From the human T2T-CHM13v2.0 reference genome, Homo sapiens, in NCBI RefSeq assembly GCF_009914755.1, contig NC_060939.1: DNA of 64,000 bases. One strand, given 5' to 3'. The notes beneath the pieces were generated by a model, which saw nothing but the letters and a program-made list of their open reading frames with translations, had not been told where the DNA came from and searched no databases. Below are positions 1-16,600 of this stretch, piece by piece (position 1 is the stretch's first letter; the number at the start of each line of letters is the position of its first letter). A program made the position numbers and the translations under genes.

Positions 1-132
<132 letters not shown>

Positions 133-277
133 CTAAGACAGAACCAAGGAGAAAGAAAATTTTTAAGAAGGGAAACTAAGAAAAAAGTAAATCTGCCATT
201 TTTGGTATTAATATAGCAATAAACTTTACATAAACTTCACTGAAAACTGGATCTTCAAAGACCAATGCTTTTAAAAA

Positions 278-592
<315 letters not shown>

Positions 593-1153
593 AACTGGTA
601 CATTTATCTGCCCAAGTTGCTCTCCTGCTCTCCCAAGTCTGATCTGTCTCAACAGCCTCAGGAAGCCCAAGCTGAACAGCATACCCTGGAGTAACTACTG
701 CTACTCTTCAGCTGTGTACACATGACCTAGACTAAATGAGATAATAAATGGGGAAATTGTTTGTAAACTATAAGGTGCTATACAATCTTACAATATGATT
801 TTAGAACACTATTTTCCAGAAAATGCATGTTAACTTAGCTTTTGTAACATAAATGATAGGTTAAAAGCAAAGTTTTCCTTTTATCTGTGTATTAAGAACT
901 GTGTGGCAGAAGTTAAACCACACAATATTCCTTCCAAGGGCGTGCAGCACCCTAGTCTGGGCCAACCAGCTGGCTCACGAAAAAGACCATTCTAACCAAT
1001 ACTAACAAGACCAATACTAACACCAAAGCCTATTCAAACTTCTGACAAGCTCAAGAATGAATCTGAACATCCAAAACCAATGGATCTCTTATAATTACTG
1101 TGTAATATATTTTTACTATATTTTCTGTTACCTAATTTTAAGAAACCTATTCA

Positions 1154-1414
<261 letters not shown>

Positions 1415-1428
1415 TCACTGGATGTTAA

Positions 1429-1814
<386 letters not shown>

Positions 1815-1934
1815 TAATTTCTTTAGTTTTAAATTGAATTTGTAGCCATAACCTAGCAAAACTGCGAATAGTCACCTAAAATAATGGTGATGACAAGGAA
1901 AACGAGGATGACAGCAATAGTTACAGTCATTAAT

Positions 1935-2160
1935 GACTGGCTATGCTCTAGCCACTCCTATAAATGCTTTACATGGATTATCTCATTTTCTACTTTCACA
2001 TAGCACCTATGAAACAGATACTAACATCCCATTTTTACAAGTGGGAAAACTGAGTTACAAAGAGGTCTCGAAGCTTGTGCAATGTCCCAGAGCCAAGGAC
2101 CAGTAGAACCCATAGGAACCCAGCACACATTCTCATCTTTACTGCTGTGCTCTTCACACT
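1935..2160. mobile_element. MIR
   Basis: cccatttttacaagtgggaaaactgag MIR core. Confidence 0.7.
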
Positions 2161-2748
2161 CAGATCACAATGAAAAGAACCTGAGCTTCTAGGAACTTGT
2201 TTTGAACTCATAGTTACTTGTATGCTTTTACCTAAAAAAACCGTCGGTGCTCTCTTTGTAGGCTTCAGAGTCATTATGAGTTCAGTTAATGAGCAAGCCG
2301 GGGGCTTGTACAGTGGTTTCTCCAAAGGTGTTCTCTCTCCAAGTCACAAAGAACTCTGATGAAGATGTCCTTTAAAGTCTTTAGCACATTTGCAGATTTC
2401 CATATAAACTGATTTTTAATTTTAATGAAATACATGCATGATTGCTACTGCTATTAACATCTGCCTACTTACACTTTTGCAATTTTTAAGCATTTGTTTA
2501 CAATCTTCAGTGGGTCTCAAAAAGTGTTATTTATATTTCACTGAATTCTAGCATTGCTATAAGTAACCTGCAATATAGCTTAAAATATGGAAATTAAGGC
2601 TGCACACATGCCTAAATAAGGATTTAAATGTAAGTGAAAACCTGATATGATTTTATCTAGCAAAGGTTTGAGAAGGGCAAAGGTTTGTACGACCAAACCT
2701 ACATTAGGCCTTAGGTTCTAACCATCTTTTTATTAAGGACAATTTTAC

Positions 2749-2887
2749 CTTGTAAGGCTGAAATAACTGTCAGCACATGAAGGTCATCTGAATTTCCTTG
2801 TCCTAATCTGCCATAACTTCCTTCCCCACAAGCCAACACTGTGCCATTGGCCTGGATGACAAAGGTACAATTCTGACCACAAATGAC
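2749..2887 (-). CDS. HERC1: HERC1 exon, RLD2
   Basis: ctag|GTC...CAAG|gtaaaa; VICGQNCTFVIQANGTVLACGEGSYGRLGQG...; 139 nt. Confidence 0.96.
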
Positions 2888-3632
2888 CTAGTATAAAAAC
2901 ACAGAATTAAATATTTTATTCTTTATTATATTGCTTTAACATGCAAGCACTTGAAATGATTCCACGTATACATAGAATGCTTTTATAATTGTTTTATCCT
3001 TTTACTGAAAGGGAAGAGTTGAACCTTGATGACTATAAAACTGCTTATTTAACCAAGAGATGTATGAGATTCATCCATTTAAAATAGTTTAGAACAACAA
3101 AATGGATGAAAGAAAAAGGAAGCGGTGATGGGGAAACATTAAAGACTGGGCTAGAAAGAAGCAGAAACTCGTACATAAGAATGAGTCATGCAATCTGGAC
3201 TAGCTGAGGTAAAGAAGAGCAAAAGAGAAAGCAGAGGCCTCGAGAAGGGTTTGGCGCTATATCGTACCAGGATTATTAGAAAAGGGGAGTGGTCGATAAA
3301 ATCTGGCTAAAGATCCTAGGAAGTTTTTAGCCCCAAAGAGAAAATCACTAATTAGGAGTATCTAAACTGCTAGAAATACATACTGGGCAGGCCTAACACA
3401 TCATGATGTTAGTTCATTAAACTTGAAAGAAAAATTTAGAAATTTGTTAACTTCTTAAGTCTGATAAAAACCACACCAAGTTTTTATTTGAAAGCTATAT
3501 ATCATGACTTTCTTTAATGATTCCTCATAATAGATTATGAAATGGACAAGCTTTATCCCACAATAAGACAAGCAAAAGAATTAGAATTTTCAGTTCCCAT
3601 GTTTCTTTTCTATTTTTTATCCTGTTAGTTAC

Positions 3633-3758
3633 CTGTTGGGCCTGTGAGAATGAGGGAGCTGCTGCAGGTACCATTACATTTCTTCCAGCTTCTGCCAGCT
3701 GTCCATGCCTACCAGCACCCCATAAGTAGACATCACATTTACCTCCCAGGTGCCAGTC
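3633..3758 (-). CDS. HERC1: HERC1 exon, start of RLD2
   Basis: tctag|GAC...CAG|gtaact; DWHLGGKCDVYLWGAGRHGQLAEAG...; 126 nt. Confidence 0.96.
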
Positions 3759-3932
3759 CTAGAAAACCACAATCATCTCAAAATTAGAGTCATCCATTCA
3801 CTCAAACAGCCATGTACTACGTACCAAGTGTGTGCCAGCCTGTATGGGAGACACCAGGGCACAAACACACAAGCATTTAGAATCAAAACATTGACTGAGA
3901 ACCATCATACAGTTATCTTCATCTTTACTGAC

Positions 3933-3998
3933 CTCAGGTCTGGAAGTTGCCCAAGACATAATTTGTTCATCCATGCCGTTAATCCATTTACTGTTATC
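3933..3998 (-). CDS. HERC1: HERC1 exon
   Basis: ttcag|GAT...GAG|gtcagt; DNSKWINGMDEQIMSWATSRPE; 66 nt. Confidence 0.95.
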
Positions 3999-4419
3999 CT
4001 GAAAAACAGGGGGTACATAATGATCAATTCTGCTTAGGCAAGATGCACCTGCTCTTAACCACAAAGTCCTCTTCTAATCATTAAGTCTTATTTCCAAAAA
4101 AGAATATGGTAATATTATGATAAATTAAGAGCAGTTTTATAATTATGTCAAACTTGATTTTATGCACTGTCAGTATTTCCCTTTATTATAAACACTTTCA
4201 CTATCACTATCACTATGGCATTGGTGATTCAAAGCTAGCCATGTGTTTTCTGAACACCCACAGGTACAAGGTCATGTGGAGGACCCCACACCCCTGTAAA
4301 CTCTTTGTGTAGCTGTGGGCAAATTACTTCATCTTTCTGGGCTTCAGCTTCCTCATCTACAAAATTACAGAGTTGGGCCAAATGGGCTTAGAAGGACATT
4401 TTCTGATTAAAATATTGTA

Positions 4420-4755
4420 TACTTTTGTGCCACGTGACATTTCAGTCAACAACAAACTGCATGTGTGAAGATGGTCTCTTAAGATTATAAAACCTTATTT
4501 TTATTATATCTTCTATGTTTACATACACAAATACTTATCACTGTTACAAATGCCTAGAGCATTGAATACAGTCATATTCTGTACAGGTTTGTAGCCTAGG
4601 AGTAATCAGACTATACCGTATAGTCTTGTTGCAAGTAGGCTGTATCATCTAGGTTTGTGTAAGTACTATACACTCTATGATATTCCCAGCGTCAAGATTG
4701 CCTAACAATGCATTTCTCAGAACATATCCCCATCATTAAGTGATGCATAGCTACA
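4420..4755. mobile_element. Tigger3a/MER7-like MITE
   Basis: gtacaggtttgtagcctaggag...catttctcagaacatatcccc matches the remembered consensus. Confidence 0.75.
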
Positions 4756-5373
4756 GTTACATAATTTTACTTAATTTATATTTGTCTGTTTCATATTGTA
4801 TCAATGTTTATCCAAATGTTTGTATACATAAATCTTAAGTATACAAAGAGGTTGTTAGATCATGTGCTGTCCTGTAGTCTAAACAGGTATTTTATCTATG
4901 TCACAGTTTCTACAGTAGACACTCTCAAATACAAACAGAATGAAATGACAATTAGAATGCTCTTCTATATTTTATTTGATGCTAATTAAAGACATGATTG
5001 AAATGCCAAATAAATTAGAATCTATATGTGGCATATAACCCACAAGATGACCAGGAAAAGATGCTAAGATATATACAACTAAAGCACTAACAAAGTACCT
5101 ATGGACAAAAGAAAATGAGAAAATATGGGACTATGTCATTGAGAGCTGGCAGGTTTACAAGAGTTCAACAGTGCTTACATTATCAATTCCTGTCACTATG
5201 GAGGCCTGCCATCAGATTGAAAGTGACTATCTGAAAGAAAAATATTTTCCATTTCTCTTAAGGGTATCCTTCTAGCCATGCATACCAGCAAAGACTTATT
5301 AGGGGTCTGCTACATGCCCAATACCCATGATAAAATCTCAGCTGCAAATAATAGCAGCTCACAGTACATTTAC

Positions 5374-5667
5374 CATTAGAAATACAAGTTCATCCTCTGG
5401 AACAGGTTCTAGATCTGGAACGGTAAAAGATTCTGGAAACTGGGCTCCATTGGTCAGGGCTTCGGCAGCTTTTATAGTGGTTGAGAAACATTCTAACCAG
5501 GCCCATTCATTTGGATTCCAGGATGCAGGGTCAGGCAGACAGTTCTGGTGGTGTGGTGGCACTGGAGGGTTACACAACAGCTGATCCAGATGAAGTCCCA
5601 CAGCAAGGGAAGCCAAGCATTGCATATAGGGGCTATGAACAAGTTGGTCACCACAAACCACATGAGG
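5374..5667 (-). CDS. HERC1: HERC1 exon
   Basis: tttag|CCT...ATG|gtaaat; PHVVCGDQLVHSPYMQC...ELVFLM; 294 nt. Confidence 0.96.
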
Positions 5668-5779
5668 CTAAAACAAAATACAAGGATATAATATGTCAAA
5701 GAGTTTGTGCCAAATATTCTAAATTAACCTACCGTAGTCTGAAAGTCTGGAATCATATTTTTCAAGTTTACTGTTTAAG

Positions 5780-6030
5780 CTTTTTGCTAGGAAATAATTT
5801 TAGATTTAGAGTGAGTTGTACAGATAGTACCGAGGATTTCTGTATACCCTTCGCCCAACTTTATCCAATGTTAACATCTTATACAACCCTGGCACATTTA
5901 TCAAAACTAACAAACTAACATTGGTACAATACTAACTAAACCACAGAACTTTATTTGGTTTTCCTCAGTTTTCCCATTAATACTCCTTTTCTGCTCCAGG
6001 ATCCAATCTAAGCTATCACACTGCATATAG
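5780..6030 (-). mobile_element. L1MC-type 3' fragment
   Basis: acattggtacaatact motif shared with the 62170 copy. Confidence 0.65.
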
Positions 6031-6691
6031 TACATTTTCATCATGGTTTTTCTTGATTGGAAAAAAAAGCAGGTAACTATTTAACCACAGAGATCTGCTC
6101 TTCTCACTTTCCTCCTTTATAAGAGAATCCTGGTAGCCATCAAAGGAAAAGCAAAAAGCTGGAAGACAGGCTACTTTAGGATCACTGTCTGGACAAGTTC
6201 AAACGCTGCAATTCCTCATTCCAGTATTTAATGACCCTACTCAATTCAACATAGCTCTTCCACTAAATTTTCCACAAAGATTTATCTAATAAGTGGAGAC
6301 GATATTCAGTCTGATACCCGCATCCATCCCTATCCCTCAACTTTGGAATGGCCAAGCCATATAAAAATAGATATATGTGTGGGTCAGAAAAGGGAAGATA
6401 TTCTGCTGCATAGGTATTTTAAGAAGCTTTGGAGTGAATAAATAATCTGAAAAGCAGTAATACAAACTTGGTGTTTGTTTCTTTATTTTACTCTGGTGAA
6501 AATAAAGCAAGAATAGGCTTAGGGTTGCTGAACAACTCTTTTAGGCATGACTTACCTTCATTTGATTCTGCCCAAATAGCCCCACTTATTATCCTCAGAC
6601 CTCATGCTTTTAAGGGATAAGTTCAAGGCTATAATCACATTCCAAAGCACCAGGTATCTGTGTATCTCTAGGAGTGAGTGTAATGAGTTAC

Positions 6692-6865
6692 CTTTTCATA
6701 GGCATACTGCTCCTGAAGCATCATGGGGAGCCGCTCCAAAAATGCTCTCATGCAGGGAGCCATGTTCAATCCCAGAACACCCTGCTGTTTCAATGCTGTC
6801 CTACAGGTTGCCAAAACATGATTGGCAGCTGCCCATTCTGCTGTACAATTCACGACCAAAACATC
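6692..6865 (-). CDS. HERC1: HERC1 exon
   Basis: accag|GAT...AAG|gtaact; DVLVVNCTAEW...YAYEK; 174 nt. Confidence 0.96.
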
Positions 6866-7511
6866 CTGGTTGAAAATAAATCATGCCACATAATAAATTT
6901 GTTTAAATAAAAAATAATGCTATCACCATTTAATCTGCGAAATTCCTTCTAGTAACTGGGACATCTTTGCTTTTTGGATATTTTATATCCAAAAAGGCTA
7001 TGCTTTTAATGCCTATGGAACTTCAAAATATCCTAAATTTTGTCTAAGTAAAAAATAATGAGAAATAATAAAATTTGTGAACTACCTCTGATTAGCTGGT
7101 ACTTTTTAAGGAAAAAATGTCAATAATTAACTATTTCTTCAGAACCTGCAGAATAAGGCATCTAGTATATTTCAAAAGTCATGTCTGACATGACTACAAG
7201 GATAGCTGCAAAAGAGGTAGCACTGCTTTAACTCTGGCTCTATGGCTTATTCTACACAGGCCACTACTGCCTAGGGTCTGATTCTACATTTTACTTGCAG
7301 TAGAACCTTTCATGAAGGTTTACAGCTTATTTTAACATCATTTAACCATATAAAATGTAAATCAAATCAGCACATCGGCTCTAATCTTTAAGGGTATGAA
7401 AAATAATACTGTAGGGAATAATGTTATATCATAGAATTACTTCACAGCAGGGGACCAGCAGTTTTACTAGAATATTAAATTTGAAAGCCAAGATATATTT
7501 TGTATACTTAG

Positions 7512-7866
<355 letters not shown>

Positions 7867-7969
7867 TAGTTTAGTGCTACTGTCAAAAATCATGGCAGAA
7901 AGTCAAAATCTACTTTATCACTTCCAATGGAAATGAAATTGTTCAATATCTAAGCACTGTCACCAAAGT

Positions 7970-8150
7970 ATGGGGTGTAGTAGAAAAAACACTAGACTAT
8001 AAATCAGGAGACTTAGGTTCTAATTCTCCTTCTGCTACTAAATAGTTGCACTGTTTTGGACAAGTAGTAATCCCTCTGGACATCAGGTTTCTCCTCCATA
8101 AAGTGGGGTGGTTAGACTATGATTTCTAAAGTTCCTTACAAGCTTACACC
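7970..8150. mobile_element. MIR
   Basis: aatcaggagacttaggttctaattctccttctgctacta...tataaagtgggg-like MIR body. Confidence 0.65.
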
Positions 8151-8178
8151 CTATCATTTGATATAACTACAGTATTAC

Positions 8179-8280
8179 CTTTGATCTATTTGAGCAAGCA
8201 GCTACTCCAACTTCTGGAATCCATACTGTGGTCTGAATAGCTCCAGAGCCTATCACAACAGTTTGCAAGACAGAGCCATC
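8179..8280 (-). CDS. HERC1: HERC1 exon, WD40
   Basis: tttag|GAT...AAG|gtaata; DGSVLQTVVIGSGAIQTTVWIPEVGVAACSNRSK; 102 nt. Confidence 0.95.
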
Positions 8281-8625
8281 CTAAAATGAGATATATTTAC
8301 CAATACACACCATTGAACTGTAGGTATAATTTACATTTAAATTTCTATTTCACATTGACAAAAACATATTCTAAAGTCTACATTTTAGCTAAATTCAGCA
8401 ACGTCCAATCACATACCTACTACAAAATTTTCTAGGACACAGCTGATTTTAAAAACACTTATCATCAGTAAGAAAAATGTAAGGGCAGAGGATTCTGAAA
8501 GAAGTTTCCTCAGTATTCAAGAGATTACTATATAAAATGTTTCTACAATTGGTTAATTTTTATCACATGTGTTTAAGTTAGTGTCAAAATATTCCTTAAC
8601 ATAAAAATAAAATCTATGCTCTTAC

Positions 8626-8772
8626 CCTTAAAGACCAAATGTTCATGAGCCCACCTAGTCCACCAGACACCAGGGCCAACCCATCAGAACTAAAGGCAAC
8701 AGTCCGAACAGGAGTGATGTGTCCCCGCAGCTGATAAACACACTTGGCTCCTGATGATTTCCTATATCCATC
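8626..8772 (-). CDS. HERC1: HERC1 exon, WD40
   Basis: ttcag|GAT...AGG|gtaaga; LRGHITPVRTVAFSSDGLALVSGGLGGLMNIWS; 147 nt. Confidence 0.96.
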
Positions 8773-9499
8773 CTGAAATTCATTATTTTTAACATGCATT
8801 AAAATAAAGATAAATTATATAAGTTCAAGATTTATCATTCACTCTTGGAAATTTTATATTTCAGAATAAAATTGGCAAGGGGGAGAGATAATTTCTCTCA
8901 TAAAGGATAGTAAGCTTGACTGAATCAGTAATAAAATATCAATCTGATTCCCTTTGTTGAAGCTTTCATCTTTTTTAAAAAATATATTTCTAAACTAGTT
9001 TTCTACTCTTCAAACTACAGAAATAACATCTCAAAGTTCTAATTATCCCTCAGAGACAGGAAAATACTGACTACTTTTTAACCAGTGTTTTGATTTTTAA
9101 ATTTTCACTTCATGTAATTTTCATTTTTATCCCCTAACATTTGTGAACTGCACATGCTGACTCTATATAAATAGATTCCTCTTTTTGTTGGCTGATGGTT
9201 CTGTCTGTCACACATTTGTTCTGCAAGCTTTAGAAGTGACATAGGTAAGGCCTGTCTATAGGGCTGCCCTCCAGCACAAAGAGTAAACCAGACCTATCTG
9301 TAGTACTCCCACCTCCACTGCTGTGATATTCTCCTATTAGTGAGTTGGCTACTCCTTCCCTCCCTCTCCACCCTTTCTCCCCATCCTTAAGCTCCTTCTT
9401 CCTTTTAGTTATGACAACATAATACTATATGTATTCACTACCCAAAGATGATGTAAAGTGTATTTCTTCCAAGGGTATCATGAGCAAAAGGAAGGCAAC

Positions 9500-9720
9500 A
9501 GAATGTACAAACTGGTAGCTCAGAGATGCGATCTGACTGGCCACTCAGTGTTTTAAACAATTTTAAGTTAGGTGCCAATGTTTAATATTGGGAGATTTTA
9601 CTTAAACATTGGATTCTTAGCATCTATAGAAAAAATAAAACAATCTGGTAACAACAGGCTCTTAATTCTAGAAACTGACAATCAGCTGTGTGCCTTTATA
9701 TAAAGCATGTAAGCTTCTTT
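9500..9720. mobile_element. MER103-like hAT fragment
   Basis: ggagattttac...ggattcttagcatctatagaaaaa...atctggtaaca. Confidence 0.5.
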
Positions 9721-10213
9721 GTTTTTTTTTTCTGTTTTTGCTTTTTACCCTCTCCAAACCTTCTAACCCTAGCTTCATGAATTTATGTTACTCGCCTAGA
9801 GGGCTCTCTATAAATATATACATTTGTAACTTCTGTTTAATATAAATAAATCATTCTTCATAGCAAGGATTCTGGCATCAGTTGGAGATTCTTTGGATGG
9901 ATGTGCTCCCATGGAGTTTCTATTTTAATGTACTAACAACTTATGACTCGTCTATCTGTAGTATCAATTATATCCACTATCACAGTAACAGTCACCACTT
10001 AATATGTATAGAATATCTCATTTTACCAAGCAATTATGGTATCTCTGATTTATAAAAAATTAAGCTAATTCAGGATGACAATTACTTATATTTCCCAATG
10101 GATCTTGCCCTTTGGGATATAGTAATGACTTTTTTAGTAACCAAGGGAGAATGACTCTGATGTCATATACTTTCCATAGTTTCAGACAGTCTTCAAAAAC
10201 ACCAGAATGTTAC

Positions 10214-10319
10214 CTGGCAATTTGATTCCTGGTCCCACCATCCTTCTGCACTAGTCACATTGGTCTGTGTAGTATCTTGAGGAATGCGCCAAACACATAC
10301 TAAGCCACTCTGACAGCCA
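10214..10319 (-). CDS. HERC1: HERC1 exon, WD40
   Basis: ttaag|T GGC...CAG|gtaaca; GCQSGLVCVWRIP...WWDQESNCQ; 106 nt. Confidence 0.95.
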
Positions 10320-10704
10320 CTTAAAAAAATTGATCACATAAAACCAAAACATGTCAATATGCATTAAGTAAAAATATTTCCGAATTGCAATCAATTAAGA
10401 TCTGATAGAACCACTGCATTATTTTTTAAACTTATTTGTAGTACATACAATCTTTTACAAGAAATACAACCGAGGCCAATATTCTAACAACATCACACCC
10501 AGAGATAAGGAGATTACATACCAAGTTTCACACTGGACAACTACTACTCTTTCTTTTCTCTGAGGTAATCTTATAATGTTACACATTATAAGAATAGCAA
10601 CTGGCAATAAACTCTTTAAGACTACTGAGAAGCCACACTTAATGCAGATAACAGTCTATACCAATATAAAAACTAAGACGTATAGATGCAAATTGACAAC
10701 ATAC

Positions 10705-10904
10705 GTAGCCATCAGTAACTGCAACTTGGATCCTTTCCCTGGAAGGCGGCACCAAGCAATGCCATTTACAATAGATGGATGGCAGAGTGAATGTAGACAG
10801 CACCAGCATCCCGAAATAGAGCCCCAGAGTTTCACACTGTCTTCTTTGGCACATGTCATAAGAATATGACCTGTAGGGTCCCACTTCATGCTAATAAGAG
10901 TATC
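10705..10904 (-). CDS. HERC1: HERC1 exon, WD40
   Basis: ttaag|GAT...AC|gtatgt; DTLISMKWDPTGHILMTCAKEDSVKLW...; 200 nt. Confidence 0.95.
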
Positions 10905-11741
10905 CTTAAAATGGAAGGAAGAGAAAAAAAATCAGAGTAATGTTTCCTTCACAAATACTTTAAATTCAGTAATACATAACTTATATTTCTTAGCATCTAT
11001 ATTTCTATAACTCATTTATTTTGAAATCAATATTTTATGCAAATCAGATACTGCCATATCATTCCCAATCACTAGACCAACTTACCCTTTAATGTAGTCT
11101 GTGTTATATATATTTGCTGCAGTTAAAGCTCAACAAATGTTAGCAGGATAAATGAATTATGAAATTCTGACTCAAAAGGGATATGTTATCTCTCATTAGC
11201 ATTTGTATTTATTAAGAGTTATCCTTATTGACTAATAATCATTACAGTATAAAAAAGAAGAGACTTAAAAAAATGCACCCCTTACATCCCAATAGCAAAC
11301 ACTAATGAGAATCTGGGATATGTTTTGTGTTTATATGGCTGTGATCATTGTGCTCTTCTGATTTTATTTTTATTTTTCAATCCTCTTCCACATCTTCTAA
11401 CTCCTGGTTTCATGCATTTACGCTACTTGCCTAGATGGTCCTGTAAATATCTGAACTGGCAACCTCTGTTTAAGGTAAAAAAATCATTCTTCATGAACGG
11501 AATTTCTGACATTACTGGGAGCATTTGAACAGGAGGTATTACCAGGGTGTTCATAATTCACTGTTTTAGCTTTACTCTTTCATGGCTTATTTATTTTTAC
11601 ATAGACTTATCCATGTATATCCATGGTCCAAAGATTCTGTGCAACAACAGAACATTAAGTCATAAGTGACTGATGTAAAAAAATTTTAAAAGAAACTAGT
11701 ATCAAGCAATAGTAGAGGCTAAAAAAAAAAAAAACCAAGAA

Positions 11742-13275
<1,534 letters not shown>

Positions 13276-13289
13276 AAAGATGCATTTAC

Positions 13290-13420
13290 CTTATGTGCAT
13301 CAATTAGAACAATGCCTCCTTTCTCAAGTGGTTCCTTTGTTCCCAGTAACAGTTTTCCATCAAAATATCCCACTGCAAATGGTCTGTCTTCACTGAACCA
13401 TGCAATGCAAGTAACAGACA
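13290..13420 (-). CDS. HERC1: HERC1 exon, WD40
   Basis: gttag|TG...AAG|gtaaat; SVTCIAWFSEDRPFAVGYFDGKLLLG...DAHK; 131 nt. Confidence 0.95.
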
Positions 13421-14292
13421 CTAACATGATCAAAACAAAAGAGTAAGGAAAAGATAATTATTTGTCATTGTCTGACTTAAAAGACAGAGACTTTGAAACA
13501 AATAATGATAATGCAACCATTGCAAGTAAATTTCCAAATAGCTCTTTAATGCATTTAGACAAAATGTAGGCGTACAGTGGGGATTCCATGTAACATACTT
13601 TTTAAAAGTGTCGCTTATCTGTGACAAGGGCTACCTACTTTATAATCTTTCATTCTTTTTCAGGTGGTTGTTGAAAAATAGAGACAAAAATTAAATTCCT
13701 TTGCTGATTGTAAGTCACCATAGGTTCTTTCCTTTTGGACCAAAATCTACCATGAAACTGAGAAGTGAAAGAACCCAAGTCATAGAAAGAAAATTACATC
13801 TCTTTTTTTGCTTATTTAATATTCCCTATTCAGTATGTTTCCATATTCTATCAAAATGTTCTGTTCTCACAATCTATATTCTACTTGTTTCTTCAAGTAT
13901 ATGTAACACTGAAAGACTACAAAAGAAGTAAAAACAGTATCTGTGAGGGTAGAATGGGAGTGTGGGAACTGAGTAGACAGGAGAAAGACTTTTCACTGTA
14001 TGCTTTTTAAAACTTGAATTTTTGAACCCTATGAAAGTATTACCTATTCTTAAACAAACAAAACAAACCTCTTCTGTTAATGGAATACCATGTAAGCAGG
14101 CACTATGACTTTGAATTACCCCACTTCCCCCAGACAACCAACAAAATCTAGTGAGATGCATTCACGTTCAAAGGAACACCACAGTAAGAAGAAAGCAGAC
14201 TTCCTAATCTCTCTTGTCAGACCAGGAATTCCCTGCTTCCCCTTCCTCCATTACTTCAATTTTACTCATTTTTTAAAAGACAATTTCATCTC

Positions 14293-14605
<313 letters not shown>

Positions 14606-14944
14606 CAATTTCATCTCTACCAATGATTATGACCTTTTTTTCTCTTGGACAGTCCTAACTTTCAAAGGAGACTTGGAATCTGCTATAAATATTAAGCCAC
14701 ACAAAAGATGAATTACTAATGTTATAATACTATTAAATCTCATTTTGACAGAGATGTGTGGTGGGGGCTAGGAGATAAATATCTTTCAATTCAGTAACTA
14801 ATTAAAATTAAAACATGACTGGAAAATTTTGAAAACAAAGCCAAGATAATATTCACTTGGTATTTTTAAAAGCAAATGCCAAAAAGCTAAGTCTAGAAAG
14901 GAAGTTGGAGACTCCGTCAGCTAGACGTAAGTGCAGTCATTTAC

Positions 14945-15145
14945 CATCCTTTCGATAGCAATGCTCCAATTCTCGACGGTGCATGGTGGACACATCAACA
15001 ACTTCAATCAGTCCCAGAGATCCATCCATCCGTCCCACCAACAACAATTCTGGAGACTCTCCTGACCAGGCTGTAGCCGGACCCTCTTCTGGCCAAGCCA
15101 GGGCAGATACCCAATGAGGCTGAATATCTACTAATCCTTTTCCTC
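14945..15145 (-). CDS. HERC1: HERC1 exon, WD40
   Basis: tttag|GA...GATG|gtaaat; GKGLVDIQPHWVSALAWPEEG...CYRKD; 201 nt. Confidence 0.95.
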
Positions 15146-15340
15146 CTAAAAGGGAAAAAATGTTAACTAGTTTTTACTTAATTCTTAAAAAGAAAAAAAG
15201 GAACAGAAACAAATACTACTTAATTCTAATACACACTCAAAGCAGTTCCAAATTTCATAATAGCCTACTAATGAATAAGACCATGAAGGCAGGATCCTTC
15301 ATTTATAATACTATATATGATCATAAAATTAAAGTTTTTC

Positions 15341-15620
15341 AGCCGGGCACAGTGGCTCATGCCTGTAATCCTAGCACTTTGGGAGGCCAAGACGGGCGGA
15401 TCACCTGAGGTCAGGAATTCGAGACCAGCCTAGTCAACATGGTGAAACCTCTTCTCTACTAAAACTACACAAAAAATTGGCCAGGCATGGTGGCACGCGC
15501 CTGTAGTCCCAGCTACCTGGGAGATGGAGGCTGCAGTGAGCCGAGATCACGCCACTGCACTCCAGCCTGAATGACAGAGCAAGACTCCGTCTCAAAATAA
15601 ATAAATAAATAAATAAAATT
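15341..15620 (+). mobile_element. Alu with right-arm deletion
   Basis: Dimer lacking the gctgaggcaggagaat segment; (TAAA)n tail. Confidence 0.93.
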
Positions 15621-15637
15621 AATGTTTTTCTGTAACC

Positions 15638-15802
15638 TTTTTTTTTTTTTTGAAAGAGGGTCTTGCTGTGTTGCCCAGGTTGGAGTGAGTACAATGGCAT
15701 GATCATGGCTCACTGAAGCCTCAAACTCCCAGGCCCAAGCAATCCTTGAGCCTCAGCTTCCTGAGTCCCTGAGGTTCCAGGCATATGTCACCACGCCTGG
15801 CT
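15638..15802 (-). mobile_element. Alu monomer/partial
   Basis: Poly-T then reverse right arm. Confidence 0.88.
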
Positions 15803-15961
15803 GTCTGTAACTATTAATAGGGCAAAATGGTAGCGTTATAGAAGAGAGTGTAAAGAAAAACACTGAATGTACAAATGTACAAATGTCAAGCACTTAAGTC
15901 CTTTCTCAACAATTACTGATAACCAAATTAGCATAAGAAACTTACTTGCAGTTAAGGCTAG

Positions 15962-16032
15962 CTATTCCTCAAATGTCACACAGAAGTTATTCCTCAAATA
16001 TGTGACACAGAACACCTATTCCTCAAATATGT
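15962..16032. repeat. Short tandem repeat, ~26-28 nt unit x2.5
   Basis: tattcctcaaat occurs three times, with cacagaa spacers. Confidence 0.8.
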
Positions 16033-16472
16033 AAAAACAAATGAAAATACTAATAAGCTCGATATTACAATAATTATTTTTACTTTCCAGAGAGGTATAA
16101 TAAAAACTGACAAGAATTTATACCTGCAAAATAAACATAATAGAAATATTTCAAGCAATTCAAAAGAATACATAGCTTAAAATTCAGTGACAACTACATC
16201 TCCCCAAACCCTACTCTGAATACTTAGTGGTACAAGAAAAAAAATTTAAGTTTATAACTACTAGGTTAGTTGAAAGTCCCAGAAAGAAAAGTGAATAAAT
16301 GAGCACTTCCTCTCTAATTTGAAGCACACAGTGCATAGATTGAAATTTCAGAGTTGTTGGAAGGCTTGTGAATTTCAAGGTGAAGAGAAACCACTGTTTG
16401 GACTCAGAAGACTAAGAAGAAGGCTTTAAAAAACTACTTTCAGCAGTTTACTAGTGTTTACATGACTCTTAC

Positions 16473-16600
16473 CATTAACTTGCCAGATATTCACCATCTT
16501 TTCCAAAGCGCCTGCTAGATATTTGCCACTGATACTCCAGGAAACTGGTGAGAAACTTGGATCACTGGGTGATCCCAGGCTTTCCTCAGCATCCCCTTCC
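16473..16600 (-). CDS. HERC1: HERC1 exon, WD40
   Basis: tctag|G GAA...AATG|gtaaga; EGDAEESLG...YLAGALEKMVNIWQVN; 128 nt. Confidence 0.95.

Noticed and set aside
5327-5918. Plus-strand ORFs overlapping a HERC1 exon
   Set aside because: Antisense shadows of coding sequence with no independent gene signals
15962-16032. Repeat-spacer-like array
   Set aside because: Spacers are similar to each other, so it is a simple tandem duplication in eukaryotic DNA, not CRISPR
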